The notes under the pieces: generated by a model | The model's database searches: none | What the model saw: only the letters and a program-made list of their open reading frames with translations | What the model was told of the DNA's origin: nothing | Origin: Cyanophora paradoxa CCMP329 | Lineage: Eukaryota > Plantae > Glaucophyta | Length of the DNA: 64,000 bases | Direction of reading: 5' to 3' | NCBI GenBank assembly: GCA_004431415.1 | Contig: QPMI01000116.1 | Span: forward strand, 62,001 to 126,000 | Shown: piece after piece, positions 1-11,281 of the stretch | Numbering within the stretch: the first letter of the stretch is position 1 | Layout: the number at the start of each line of letters is the position of its first letter | Made by a program: the position numbers and the translations under genes

Positions 1-2381
1 GGCAGCCGCTGGATGAGCGCACATCCTTCAAGGAGCTGAAGGCGGTTGGAAGCGCCGAAGTCCGGGGCGCGCGCCGCTACACTCGCCACGTTTTGAAGAA
101 CGCACTGCAGCTGATGGGGTGCAAGCCCCAGCACTCGCACTACATCACAGGTGAGCTCGTCACCGTCCGCTAGCTTCTTCTGCGTCTCTGAGCGCGCATA
201 CGTGCTTCCCGGCGGCCGCAGAGGCCGTCTTCGATGCGCTGACCGAGGAAGGCTCTAGGCGCGGAACCCTGAGGGGCGGGTCCGACGAGACGTTCTGCGC
301 GTGCACGACGCGGGCGCAGTTCCTGCACGTCGTGCAGGCCGCTCTGGCGAGGCAAGCCGGCGATCCGCCCGCCCGCCCGCCCGCCCGCCGCGCCGCGCCC
401 AGTCCGTGACGGAAGGGGCGCAGGCACCAGTACGTCAAGCCGAGGCACCTGCAGGACTTTGTGATCGCGTGTGACATCAAGGAGCGCAAGCGCTCCTTCG
501 TTCTCCTCTTCGGCGGCACGTCCGGCTGCGGCAAGTCCACCCTCGCCTCGCTGCTCGCCTCCCGGTGCGCGGGAAAGAGCGCCCGCTTTCCTTTCCGCCA
601 GCGCGCCGCTGTTTACGACGCCGCGCGGCTCGGCTCCAGGCTCGGCGTGACGACCGTGCTCTCCACGGATTCGATCCGCCACATGCTGCGAAACTTCATT
701 ACGCAGGCGCGCCGGCCGGCCCTTGCCGTCGCTCTTTCTTTCCCGCCCGCACTCCCCGCGGCTTAATCTGCGGTAGGAGGAGGCGCCGATCCTGTACGCC
801 TCCACGTACGACGCGGCCGAGGCGCTGCAGGGCTCCGAGCTCGACGGAATGACGCCGAAGAAGCGGGTGCGGGGGGGCCGCGGGCGTCGCCCGGGCCCGC
901 TCGGCTCACCCGGGTTGGACGCAGCTGCTGTCGGGGTACAAGGCGCAGAACGAGATGGTGTTCAGGTGAGCGGAGACGCGGCGGGGCCTTCGTTCTCCCG
1001 CCCGCTTCCCCCGTCCCCGCCCGCCCCGCCCCCCTAACCTTGTACCCCCCCTCTCAGCAAGCTGGCGGCGCTGATCGACGCGTGCGAGCGCCGCAACGAG
1101 TCAGTCATCATCGAGGGGGTGCGCCTCGGATCGGATCTGACCTGATCTATCTCGGTGATTTCAATGTGAATTTGATCGGAAGGTGCACTGCTCGGTCGAG
1201 CTGGTGGTGGAGCTGATGCGGCGGTACCCCAACTGCATCCCCTTCATCGTCTTCATCTCCAACGAGGCGCGCGCGCCCGTACCCCCCATCCCGTCCCCTT
1301 TCTCCCCCACCCGCCAACCCTTCTTCCCCCCCCCCCTCCCCGCCAACTTCGTTCGCAGAACAAGCACAAGGAGCGCTTCGCGGTCCGCTCGAAGTACATG
1401 ACGCTGGATCCCCGCCTCGTGCGCCCTTTCTAGATTCTAGATTAGCCTTGATTTGATTCTAGATGCGCCTTAGGTTCTAGATCAGCCTAACCCGCCTCGT
1501 GCGCTCCGCCTCGATTAGGCTCTAGACGCGCCTTCGATTCTAGGTTAGGCTAACCTGGAGCCAGAGAGAGACTAGCCTCGCCCGGGCCCTCCTCCCCACG
1601 CCAGCCGGCCCGGGCCGCCTCTGCCCGGCCGCGCGCCTAGAGCCTAGCCAGAGCCTCGTTTGCCCCGCCTGGCCCCGCCCGGGCCCTCCTCCCTGCGCCG
1701 AGCGAGGACGGCCAGTCGGGCCGTCTCTGCCCCGCCGCGCGCCTTAAAGAGTCCAGCCTATCCAAGCCCAGCCAGAGAGAGACTAGCCCCGGTGCTCTGC
1801 CTGCCCGTCTCTGCCTAGCCAAACTTCGCCTAGAATCGCCTAGCCAAGCTTCGCCTAGCCCGGACGCTCTGCCGCGCCCCCCCGCCGACGCCCCCCTCGC
1901 CCCCGGCCGCAGAACAAGTACGCGAAGCACTTCTCGAACATCCGGACCATCCAGAAGTACCTCTGCAAGCAGGCCGACCGCTTCCTCGTGCGCCCCCGCC
2001 CCCCGCCCTCGCCCAGATTAGCTTAGATTAGATTCTAGATGCGAGGTTGGACTTCGATTGTAGATTAGATCTAGCCTAGATGTGCTTTAGATTTGGAATC
2101 TTTAGCTCCAGAAGTACCTCTGTCACCAGGCCGACCGCTTCCTCGTGCGCCGGCCGGCGCCGCTTCCCGCTTCTTTCTTTTTCGCCCCGTCTACCTCCCT
2201 TGGCGTATCTAGCTCCTTAGCTTCTTCCCCCCCTGCAGCCGCCTCCCGCTCCTTCTCCTCCCCTCTTCGCCCGGCCTCTCCGAGCCTCCGCCTCCCCCGC
2301 AGATCCCCATTGACGTATTTAGCTCCTTAGCGTCTTCCTCCCCCGCAGCCGCCTCCCCTCTTCGCCCGGCCTCGCTGCCCG

Positions 2382-2412
<31 letters not shown>

Positions 2413-2885
2413 GAGCCTCCGTCTCCCCCGCAGATCCCCAAGATCGACAACACGAACATCGACCGATCGGTGGCGACGGTGAGCCGAGCGCGCGCGCCGC
2501 TTGCGGCCGCACTGCTCTGCCCTGACCCGACCCCCCCGCCCGACCCGCCCGCCCCAGGTCCACTCGATCGTGCGGACGTGCCTCCGCAAGCTCGCGCAGG
2601 GCGGGCAGCTCTACGACGCTGACCTCGGCAAGGCACGCTCCGCTGCCCTTGTCTTCGCTGCTCCGCCTTCGCCGTTCTCACCCCCGCCCCGCCCCGCCTC
2701 GTTAGGCGACGATCCTGCACCACAAGTACCAGAAGGAGCTGCAGCTCCTCTGGTCCTCCAAGGCCATGCTCTCCCGCATCCGCAACAAGGCCAAGGCTCG
2801 TGTACCCCCCCCCCCCCCCCCCCCCCCCCCCAAGCTTAGGATCTTGCAGCTCAAGGGCGGGTCGAGCACTCCCACGGGCCAGGCG

Positions 2886-2920
<35 letters not shown>

Positions 2921-4350
2921 CGACGGCAGCGCGCGGCCGGGGTACAGCTCCTCCACAGCCGCCGCCGCGGCCTACAGCGGCGGCTCGGGCGCACTCGCCC
3001 GCCCGCGGCCGCCGCGCAGCGCCCCGGCCGACCTCGTCTCCGATCGGCGGGGCCCCTCGCCCCCGTCTCCCTCTCCGGCCTCTCCGGTACCCCCGCCTCC
3101 GCCGCCGCCCCTGCCGTCCCCGCCTCGTCCAGTAGCCCATTGGACGGCTCCGCGAACCTGGAGCCGGTTCCGCCCGAGAGCCCCCGCCCCTCCTCCCGTC
3201 CGGCCGAGCCGGCGGCGGCGCCCCCGCCAGTCGCGCCGTCTACGCCGGAAAGATTTCCGGCGGGCGCGCCTCCGCAGCCGCCGTTGTCTGCGCCGAGGAG
3301 GCGCCGGGCCGATTCGGCCCGGGCGGGCGGGCCCGGGCGAGCGCGCCGGCCGCGAGCGGTCGCGGACGATCGGCGGCGGCGGCGCGGCCGAGGACGACAC
3401 GATGTACGACAACGAGCGCGAGACCGGTACCCCTCCCGAATCCCGTCCCCTCTCCCCGCCAACTCACGGGTTCGGCCGGCCGCAGAGGAGGGGGAGGAGG
3501 GCGCGGGGGGCCTGGAGCCGGACGAGAACGAGGACGCGGTGGGGTCCGTCGACGAGATCACGGCCGAGGAGGGCCCGGGGGGGCTCGACGGGCCCGACGC
3601 GCCCGGCCGCCCGCCGCGCGGCCGCCCGCGCCCCGGGACCTCAGGCACGTCGCCGCAGCGAACGCGGTGCGCTCGTACCCCGGACGCCGCCCGCCCCCCC
3701 TAAGCCTTACGCCACCGCCTTACGCTTCCTTCGCAGCAAGCTGCCGCGCGGGGCCTCCGCGCGAAGCAGGGGCCGGGGCCCGGGCCCGGCGGCGGCGCGT
3801 CGGGCTCGAACGGCAGAAGGTCATCGTCTCCGTCCTCCGGCTCGTCCTCGGCGACGGCGGCGGTGGCGGCGGCGAAGGCGGGGGCCGGCCCACCCTCCTC
3901 CCCGGGGGCGGCCTCCTCCGGGGGCGCCTCGCTGGGGGGTACCCGCCTGCGCGGGCCCGGAGCGCGCGGCAGCCGCCGCCCGCCCCGCCGGCCCCGACCG
4001 GCTTCGCTGGGCTCCTGACCGTGACGACCGAGCGCCTCCCGCGGGCGCCGGGCTCGCCCGGCTCGCCCCAGTCGCCCCACGACTCCGAGGCGGCCGACGA
4101 CGCCCCCGAGGGAGCCCGCCCCGGCCTCCTCCTCGCCTCGGGGCGTCGCGGCGAGGGCCGCCCCGCCGCCAGCGAGGAGTGGACCGCCGGGGGGTACACC
4201 AACGTCGAGCCCGAGTCGGAGTCCCCCAGCGAGGAGGCGGTATCCCCCTCGGAGGACCCGGCGCACCGGCGGCTGCCGCCGTCGATGCCCACGCGCCGCG
4301 GCGGCGGCCCGGGCCCCACGCCCCAGTCGGGGCGCCCCCGGCTTCCTTAG
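1..4350 (+). CDS. LPA1: P-loop NTPase LPA1 / 2-phosphoglycerate kinase-like protein (multi-exon, 5' end outside window)
   Basis: Spliced exons read RYTRHVLKNALQLMGCKPQHSH, Walker A GGTSGCGKSTLASLLASR, LGVTTVLSTDSIRHMLRNF, SVIIEGVH, CIPFIVFISNE, KHKERFAVRSKYMTLDP, IPKIDNTNIDRSVA, the motif series of plant LPA1. Low-complexity acidic/Pro-rich C-terminus ends at TAG 4348-4350; the tail frame is uncertain. Confidence 0.88.
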
Positions 4351-4932
4351 CTCTTCTTTCTTTTGCGAAAGGTAGCGCTGCGAGATCGCCGCGCTTCGTA
4401 CTATTTGATCCCTGGGACTATTTCGGTGCCGCGTGCCCGTAGTTCTGTACTAAGATGTAGATAGCTATAGGCTTTTACTTTCATTAGGCAGAAGAACCGT
4501 CGGATGTTCTAATTAGGAGTTCCAGAAGATCAGGACTAGTTCTCTAGACTCTCAGACTTCCAATTGCTTCGGCGTCGTGACAGTAAGAAATGATTGCTAC
4601 GCGCGATGCTTGCCCGTGCTCGGCCCATGTTATTCAAACGTTAGGTGGAATCCAGAAAAGAAACCCCGCCCCGATCGAGCCAGCTGCAACGCCACAATGA
4701 TCGATTATGGACCGCCCATGCGTACGCGTCGCGCCTCGCCCTCGCGCGGCATGAGTCATCCAATCGAGCTCTCCGCGACGAAAATCCAGTACAGCGCGAA
4801 GCCGCCAGGCGCTCACCGCATGCGCACGTGGCCTGCAAAAGATCGGCACGGCGCCTGGAATCGGACGGCCCGCTTCGCAAACGAGATCCTGTCTATTTGA
4901 AATGCAAAAAGCTAAACTATAAGCGACTGCAT

Positions 4933-5506
4933 CTATGCCTTCTTAACGTTCGACGCGTGGATGGGCGCCTCGAAGGTCTGCGCGAGCGATCAGGATGGTG
5001 CTGGACCGAGCGCACGTAAGAAAACACGAACAACGATGTTGCCCTTGGCCTCCTCTGCGCGGCGGTTGGGCTTCACGTGCTTGGTAGCGACGTTGACGCT
5101 CTCGACGACGAGGTAGTCGCCAGTCCGGGAGATGACCTGAGATACTTTGAGCTGCGTCTCGCGGCGCGAGCGCGGCCAGGCAAACCTTGCCCTCCTTGCC
5201 CTTCTCCGAGCCAGAGATGACAACAACGGAGTCGCCCTTCTTCACGTCCTTGTTCGCCGGCTTGCTGCTCTTCGGCGCATACTTCTCGCCGTCAGGGAGG
5301 CCGCGGCTGCGCAGCGATCACGGGAATGGTCAGCGCATGCTGCAAACGGAGCCAGGCGGTGCGGTCCGCCAGCCAGCCGCGCCGGCACCAGAATCTGCTC
5401 ACCGGGCCACGATCTCAAAGGAGCAGATCTGGGGCTGCGCCGAGGTAGTGGCGATGCTAGCGCCGAAGAAGCTGCGCGCAGCCGCGGCCGCCTGGACGAA
5501 AGCCAT
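4933..5506 (-). CDS. rpl24: 50S ribosomal protein L24, nucleus-encoded, plastid-targeted
   Basis: KOW motif VKKGDSVVVISGSEKGKEGKV, then LVVESVNVATKHVKP and FEAPIHASNV. N-terminal MAFVQAAAAARSFFGASIA transit-peptide-like extension; several short introns. Confidence 0.9.
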
Positions 5507-5572
5507 GTCTGAGATTCTAGCGAACAAAAAAACGAACGGGAGTACGTGAGCTGTCCAACGGGGTACAGTCCA
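5507..5572. promoter_or_regulatory. Putative minimal bidirectional promoter between rpl24 and the SET gene
   Basis: Divergent start codons only 66 bp apart. Confidence 0.5.
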
Positions 5573-7790
5573 ATGGCGCACCCGCAGCCCAGGCCGGGCC
5601 CCGTGCTGGCCTGCGCGCTGGCTTGCGTGATGCTGGTGGCGATAGTAGCTCCCTCGCGGGCCGCGTCCCCCCCGAAGAGGAAAGGTGCGCAGAGCAACTT
5701 GCCGCGTCGGCCCCCGGGGCGCCCGGCCAGCCGAAGGGGCCCCTCACCTCGATGCGCACGCGTGCGCGCGCCTGCAGTCGATCCGGAGGCCGCCTTCCAC
5801 AGGTGGCTGGAGGAGCACGGCGGCGCTCGCAGGCACCAAATCGGGTCCGCCGGCTCTATGGGCCGCGGCCTGTTCGCGCGCGTGCCTATCAAGGTCCGTT
5901 AGCTTGGTTTAGCCCCAGCTCGCCTCGCCGACGTACCGCAGAGCCACGAGCCGGCCGTGCACGTCCCGCTCAAGTTGTACGTCCGCCGCCGCCGCCGCCG
6001 CCCGCGAGCGCCCGCCAAGTTTGAGCGTGCATCCTACGCAGGTGCATGTCGGTGTTCTCCGCGAAGCAGCAGCCGTACGCGCGGGCCTTCCAGGACGAGG
6101 ACGTGGAGCTCGACGACGACTCCATTCTCGCGCTGCACATCCTCGTCGAGGCCTCGAACCCGAAGTCATTCTGGGCGCCGTACATCGGGATCCTTCCGAA
6201 GCAACTCGACATGCCGCTGGTCTGGTCCGAGAAGGACCTGCAGGAGCTCCAAGGCTCCCCCCTCAAGTGTGCGTGGCGGTCTAGATCTGATTCTAGGCCG
6301 CAGCGAGCGTTCAAGGCCAAGTGAGCCTTGTGCTAGAGCCGACTCGCCCCGGCCCGCCCCGCAGCGTACACAGAGGCGGCGCTGAAGCAGCTGCGGGCGA
6401 ACTTCGATCGCTTCCAGCCGAGCCTCGTCGAGGAGTACGAGCAGTGGTTCCCCGAGTCGCTCGTCACGTTCGACGCCTACAAGTGGGCCATGTGCGCCGC
6501 CGCGTACCCCCCGCCCGGGCCGCCTCCCCCGGACCTTGTTCCCATGATCACGCCCCTCCCCGCGCGGCAGGGCCATCATCTACAACCGGGCGTGGGAGAT
6601 GAGGATAGGGGAGCGGCCGGCCGCCCGCGTGCTCGCGCCCCTGGTCGACCTCGCGAACTGGGCACCCGACGTACCCGTGCGCTTCATCCCCTCCCCGTCT
6701 CCCCCCGTTCGCCTCTGACGCCTCTGACGCCTCCGACTATCGAACAGACAGCGGTAGTCTTTGACGAGAAGGCGGGGGCGGTGGTCATGCGGACGGGGAA
6801 GGACTATGACGAGGGCCAGCAGATCTTCGTGGGGTACAACCTCCCCGCCTCCAACTGGCGCCTCCTCCAGGCCTACGGGTACCCCCCTTCCTCTCGGCTT
6901 TCCCGTACCCCGCCGCCCGCCCGCCTCCCGCCCGCGAACGCTCGCCTGCAGGTTCCTTGTGGACGACCCGGCCAGGAACGAGGTACCCCGCCCCCCTCCG
7001 GATCCGATCCCCCGCCGCCTCCGATCCCGAGGGGGGATACGCCAGGTGGTCCTGGACCTGCAGCTGAGCCCCAGCATCCCCTACTACGAGGAGAAGGAGG
7101 ACCTGATCGCCGCCCGGCGGGGCTCCCAGTGCGCCCTACCCCCGCCGCGCTTCTCCCCCTCCCTCTCCCTCGCTTGACTCACGCCGGCCGGCCGGGCAGG
7201 GGTATGTCGTTCGTGCTGAAGAAGGACGATCTGCTGCCGGCGGACCTGCTCTACGCGATGCGGATCAGCGCTCTGACCGCGGAGGACTGGCGGGGACGGA
7301 GCGAGGCGGAGGAGGACCGGCCCGTCTCCTACAACAGGCGAGCCCCTCCCCGCTGGATGTTATCGTTCGCTCTCGCTGAACGGGGTACCCGCAGCGAGGT
7401 GGCGGTGCGCGCTCGGAGCGGCGGGCCTGACGTTCCAGGCGTGGCAGGTGTCTAACTGAGCTTTCCCTCAGGCCTACGAGACGCTGGCGTCGGCGGTGCA
7501 GGACGTGATCCACAGGTACCGAACGACGGTCTCGGAGGACGAGCTCCTCCTGCACGCCGGCATCTCCCGCCACACGCGCCTGGCCGTCCGGGTGCCTGCC
7601 TTCTTCTCCTCCCTCTCTCTTGATGCGAATCGACCAGGGTGGCACCGCTGACCCTCGGACGCCGCTCTCGTTGTTGGCGCAGCTCCGGATCGAGGAAAAG
7701 ATTATCTTAAGGAGCGCGCACCACCTGTACACCTCGCGGAAGGCCCGCATAAAAGAGCGCGGGCCCGGGCGATACCGGGAAGAAAGCTAG
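5573..7790 (+). CDS. SET-domain protein, Rubisco LSMT/SETD3 class, with N-terminal hydrophobic signal
   Basis: MGRGLFARVPIK, SFWAPYIGILP, PLVWSEKDLQELQGS, YKWA, LAPLVDLANW, GQQIFVGY..SNWRLLQAYGF, and an LSMT substrate-binding-like C-terminus (LRIEEKIILR). N-terminus VLACALACVMLVAIVAPSRA. Confidence 0.85.
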
Positions 7791-8190
7791 GTAGAGCGCT
7801 CGGAAGCCCCAGGCGCAGCCCAGGACAGGAAGCGTGTGCGTGTGTTTTGCGCATGTCAATTCAAAAATACGAGTGAAAACAAATAACTGCTCTCTGCGCA
7901 AGGCATGTAGATCGATCTAGGACGTAGGGAGAGCACGTGCGGCCGGCGGCGGGGTGCGCGACCCCCGCAGCCGGTGTCGGGGAGGAGTCGGGTTCGGTGA
8001 GGCGGGAAGATCACGACAGGAGAGAAGGAGGTATCCGGACGGGAAGGCACGAAGGGCGGAGAAAGTGGGGGAGGCAGGGCGGTTACACCGCGGTGAGAAG
8101 AGCTGGGAGATCCCCCGGCGTTGGGTGCGACGGGAGTCTACGCGAGCCGGGTGCAAGGCTGGCTGCGACGGCCTTGACTCATTCGAGAAA

Positions 8191-9282
8191 CTAGCAGCAG
8201 CCCTTCTTCTCCGCCGGCGCCTCGCGGCCCTTGGTCTCCGTGCTGGGCAGCTTGATGGTGTCCTCGTCCACGGTCTCAGCGGCGGACTCCATCCTAAACA
8301 TACTATCGGTGGAAAGCTCAAGTATTGCGAGCCGCAAAGAGCGCACCGCTTCTTGATAGACTCCGCAAGCATGATGAAGACCTCGTCCACCTTGTAGCCG
8401 GTCTTCGCGCTCGTTTCCAAGTACGGGATGTTAAGCGACCGCGCGAACTCCTGCATTCGAGCGAAAGACGCTTTAGCCGATAGCCCGGCCCGCCGACGCT
8501 GGAATCGGAGCCCAGCTCACCGCCGCAGTGTTGGTGTCCACCTGGCGCTGCGCGGTGAGGTCGCACTTGGTGCCGACCAGGATCTTGTTCACGTCGCCGC
8601 GCGAATGCTTGTCAATGCGCTTCAGCCAGGTCTTCACGTTGTCGAAGCTCTCCTTGTTGGTCACATCGAAGCACACGACGATGCCCTGGGCGAGGCGGTA
8701 GTACGTGTCTGATACGATAATAGCACCGAAGCAAGCCCTGGTGAGCCAAAGAGACCAGAGATAGGGCGCAGCATGGCCCAGGAAAGAGCAACGCACTGGA
8801 GATGATGCGGAAGCGCTCCTGGCCAGCCGTGTCCCACTGAAGCCAAGAGGGTCAGCCTTCGAGCAAGTTGCTCAGAACTTTGCCAGCACACGCACAATCT
8901 GCAGCTTGATGGTCTTGCCAGCAAGGTCGATGGTGCGGTTTTTCTACGTTCGAAATGAGCCGCAGAGCCGCGCAGCCTTCTACGGCACCCAACGCACGAA
9001 GTCGACACCAATGGTGCTGACATAGTTGTCTACGAACGAGTCGTCCTGCGGCCCGGTAGCTTCAGCGGAGTTCGCTGCCGTTGAAAAGCGGCGAGGCGCC
9101 CCGCACGCACCGCGAAGCGGAGAAGCAGCGAAGTCTTCCCGACATTCGAGTCGCCGAGAGTGACGATGATGAACAGGTAGTCGCTGGAGGCGAGTCAGAA
9201 TATTCCGACAGCGGGAAGGCGCGAGGTCTATCAGTCTCGCCGAAACGAAGCCCGCAATCAGGACGCACTAGTCGGCGTTCAT
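8191..9282 (-). CDS. RAB1: Rab1-like small GTPase, divergent paralog A
   Basis: MNADY-DYLFIIVTLGDSNVGKTS, YVSTIGVDF, WDTAGQERF, LVGTKCD, ETSAK, C-terminal KKGCC prenylation motif; short introns. Confidence 0.9.
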
Positions 9283-9884
9283 GGCTGCGGGGCCTGTCGC
9301 CTGAGAGGCCGAGCTTCTTTCTCCGGGTACGGCGACCTTTCGGGGTACGCGACTTCGGGTGCAACCTCCGACGCGCCGCTTCCCTTCAACTGCGCGCTGC
9401 GGTCTTTCTCTTGCAGGTTCAGGAACCTTCGAACAGGTTACAGTCCTTCCCTGCTCGCCGGCGTCGCTGGATCAATTTCGGTTTGCGAGCCAGATCTAGA
9501 GCCGCCCGGCCGCGCTCATGCATGATCACTAGTACTGAGTCATCGGCTGAGCACTGCGGCGGCGGCCGCGCATGTGCAACGCCGCGGAGCGGAGAGGGAG
9601 CCAAGCTGACGCAATCAGCGTAGTGCTGAGCGCTAGCTACAGCTGTCCCCGCGCCGCGGCGGCACGGCACGCGGGATTAAGGTCAAACGATACTGCGCCG
9701 GCACAGCAGTCTATCATATCTATCAGCTCCCCGCCGCGCGCGATGCATGCGACCGCGTTCGGGTAATAGCGCGGTTCGGTCTTGAAATCTGCATCGCCTG
9801 CCCTGACTCCTAACTAGTATCTACAGGTGGAAGATTGTACATAGAGATAGGAGGAGATAGCTAGGTAATCGAAGGGCTGCGCGC

Positions 9885-11122
9885 CTAGCAGCACCCCTTC
9901 TTCTCCTCTACTTGGCCCCTTGCCTTCGTTTCGGTGTTGGGAAGCTTGATTGTCGACTGGCTGTCGTCCGCACCGGTGTCCGCGCTCGCCTCCATGCTGT
10001 GCCCGGGCGCGTAAGCTGGCAGCGCTTGCGGGACATGCGGGGCAGGGCAGGTCTGCCGCGCACCGCTTCTTGATCCCCTCCGCAAGTGCCGTGAAGACAT
10101 CTAGTGCGCGAAGGAAGAGCGGTGAGCGGCCGCGAATGTTCTGGAGGCGGCGCGCGGCGCGCAGACCGTCGACGTGGTAGCCGTTCTTGGCGGACGTTTC
10201 GAAGAACGGGATCCGGAGAGAGTCGGCGAACTCCTGCAACCGCGAAAAGCGATGGGCATCAGGCACGCACTTCTCCACTCAGAGGGAACGCGGGCCGGCG
10301 CGGCACCTTCGCGGTGTTGTACTCCACCTGGCGCTGCGCGGTGAGGTCGCACTTGGTGCCGACCAGGATCTTGTTCACGTCGCCGCGCGAATGCTTGTCA
10401 ATGCGCTTCAGCCAGGTCTTCACGTTGTCGAAGCTCTCCTTGCTGGTCACATCGTAGCACACGATGATGCCCTGGGCGAGGCGGTAGTAGGTGTCTGCGA
10501 GGGCACTGCTTGCTCAGAGGACATGCGGGAGACAGAAGCAGCCTACAACTAACGAGCGCTAAGCATCTCAAGGGGTTGCACGCACTGGAGATGATGCGGA
10601 AGCGCTCCTGGCCAGCCGTGTCCCACTGCGCGCGGGAAGCCTGTAAGCCCAGCTCCAACAACAGACCGCAGCTAACGCATATAGCACATCTTAAGCAAAG
10701 TTACAATGCAAGCGCACGATCTGCAGCTTGATGGTCTTCCCGCCAAGGTCGATGGTGCGGTTTTTCTGCGTTTGAAATGAGTTGCTGGACCGGGGCCTTC
10801 AGCAGCACCCAACGCACGAAGTCGACACCAATGGTGCTGACGTAGTTGTCTACGAACGAGTCGTCCTGCGGCCCGGTAGCTTCAGCGGAGTTCGCTGCCG
10901 TTGAAAAGCGGCGAGGCGCCCCGCACGCACCGCGAAGCGGAGAAGCAGCGAAGTCTTCCCGACATTCGAGTCTCCGAGAGTGACGATGATGAACAGGTAG
11001 TCGCTGCGCCACGCGTCCAGCTCAGCAAAGCGGGGGCGGAGAAAGCGCCGCGCCTCTAAGGCGGCGGGAGGGGTGCAAGCGCGACTTCGAGAAGGGCCCA
11101 GAACGCACTAGTCGCTGGCCAT
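9885..11122 (-). CDS. RAB1: Rab1-like small GTPase, divergent paralog B (tandem duplicate)
   Basis: Same motifs and matching intron positions as 8191-9282; starts MASDY, ends EEKKGCC. Confidence 0.9.
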
Positions 11123-11281
11123 CTTGCCTCGTACGCTTCCCGCTCTGTACCCCCGACCCGCCAAGCCTGGCAAGCCAGCAAGCCTGGCAAGCCAAGCGAC
11201 CAGCCTAGCCAAGCCAAGCAAACCTGCGCAGCTGGTGCCAACAATCCTTTTGCATCGCACAGACATTGCAACCGGCGCTCC

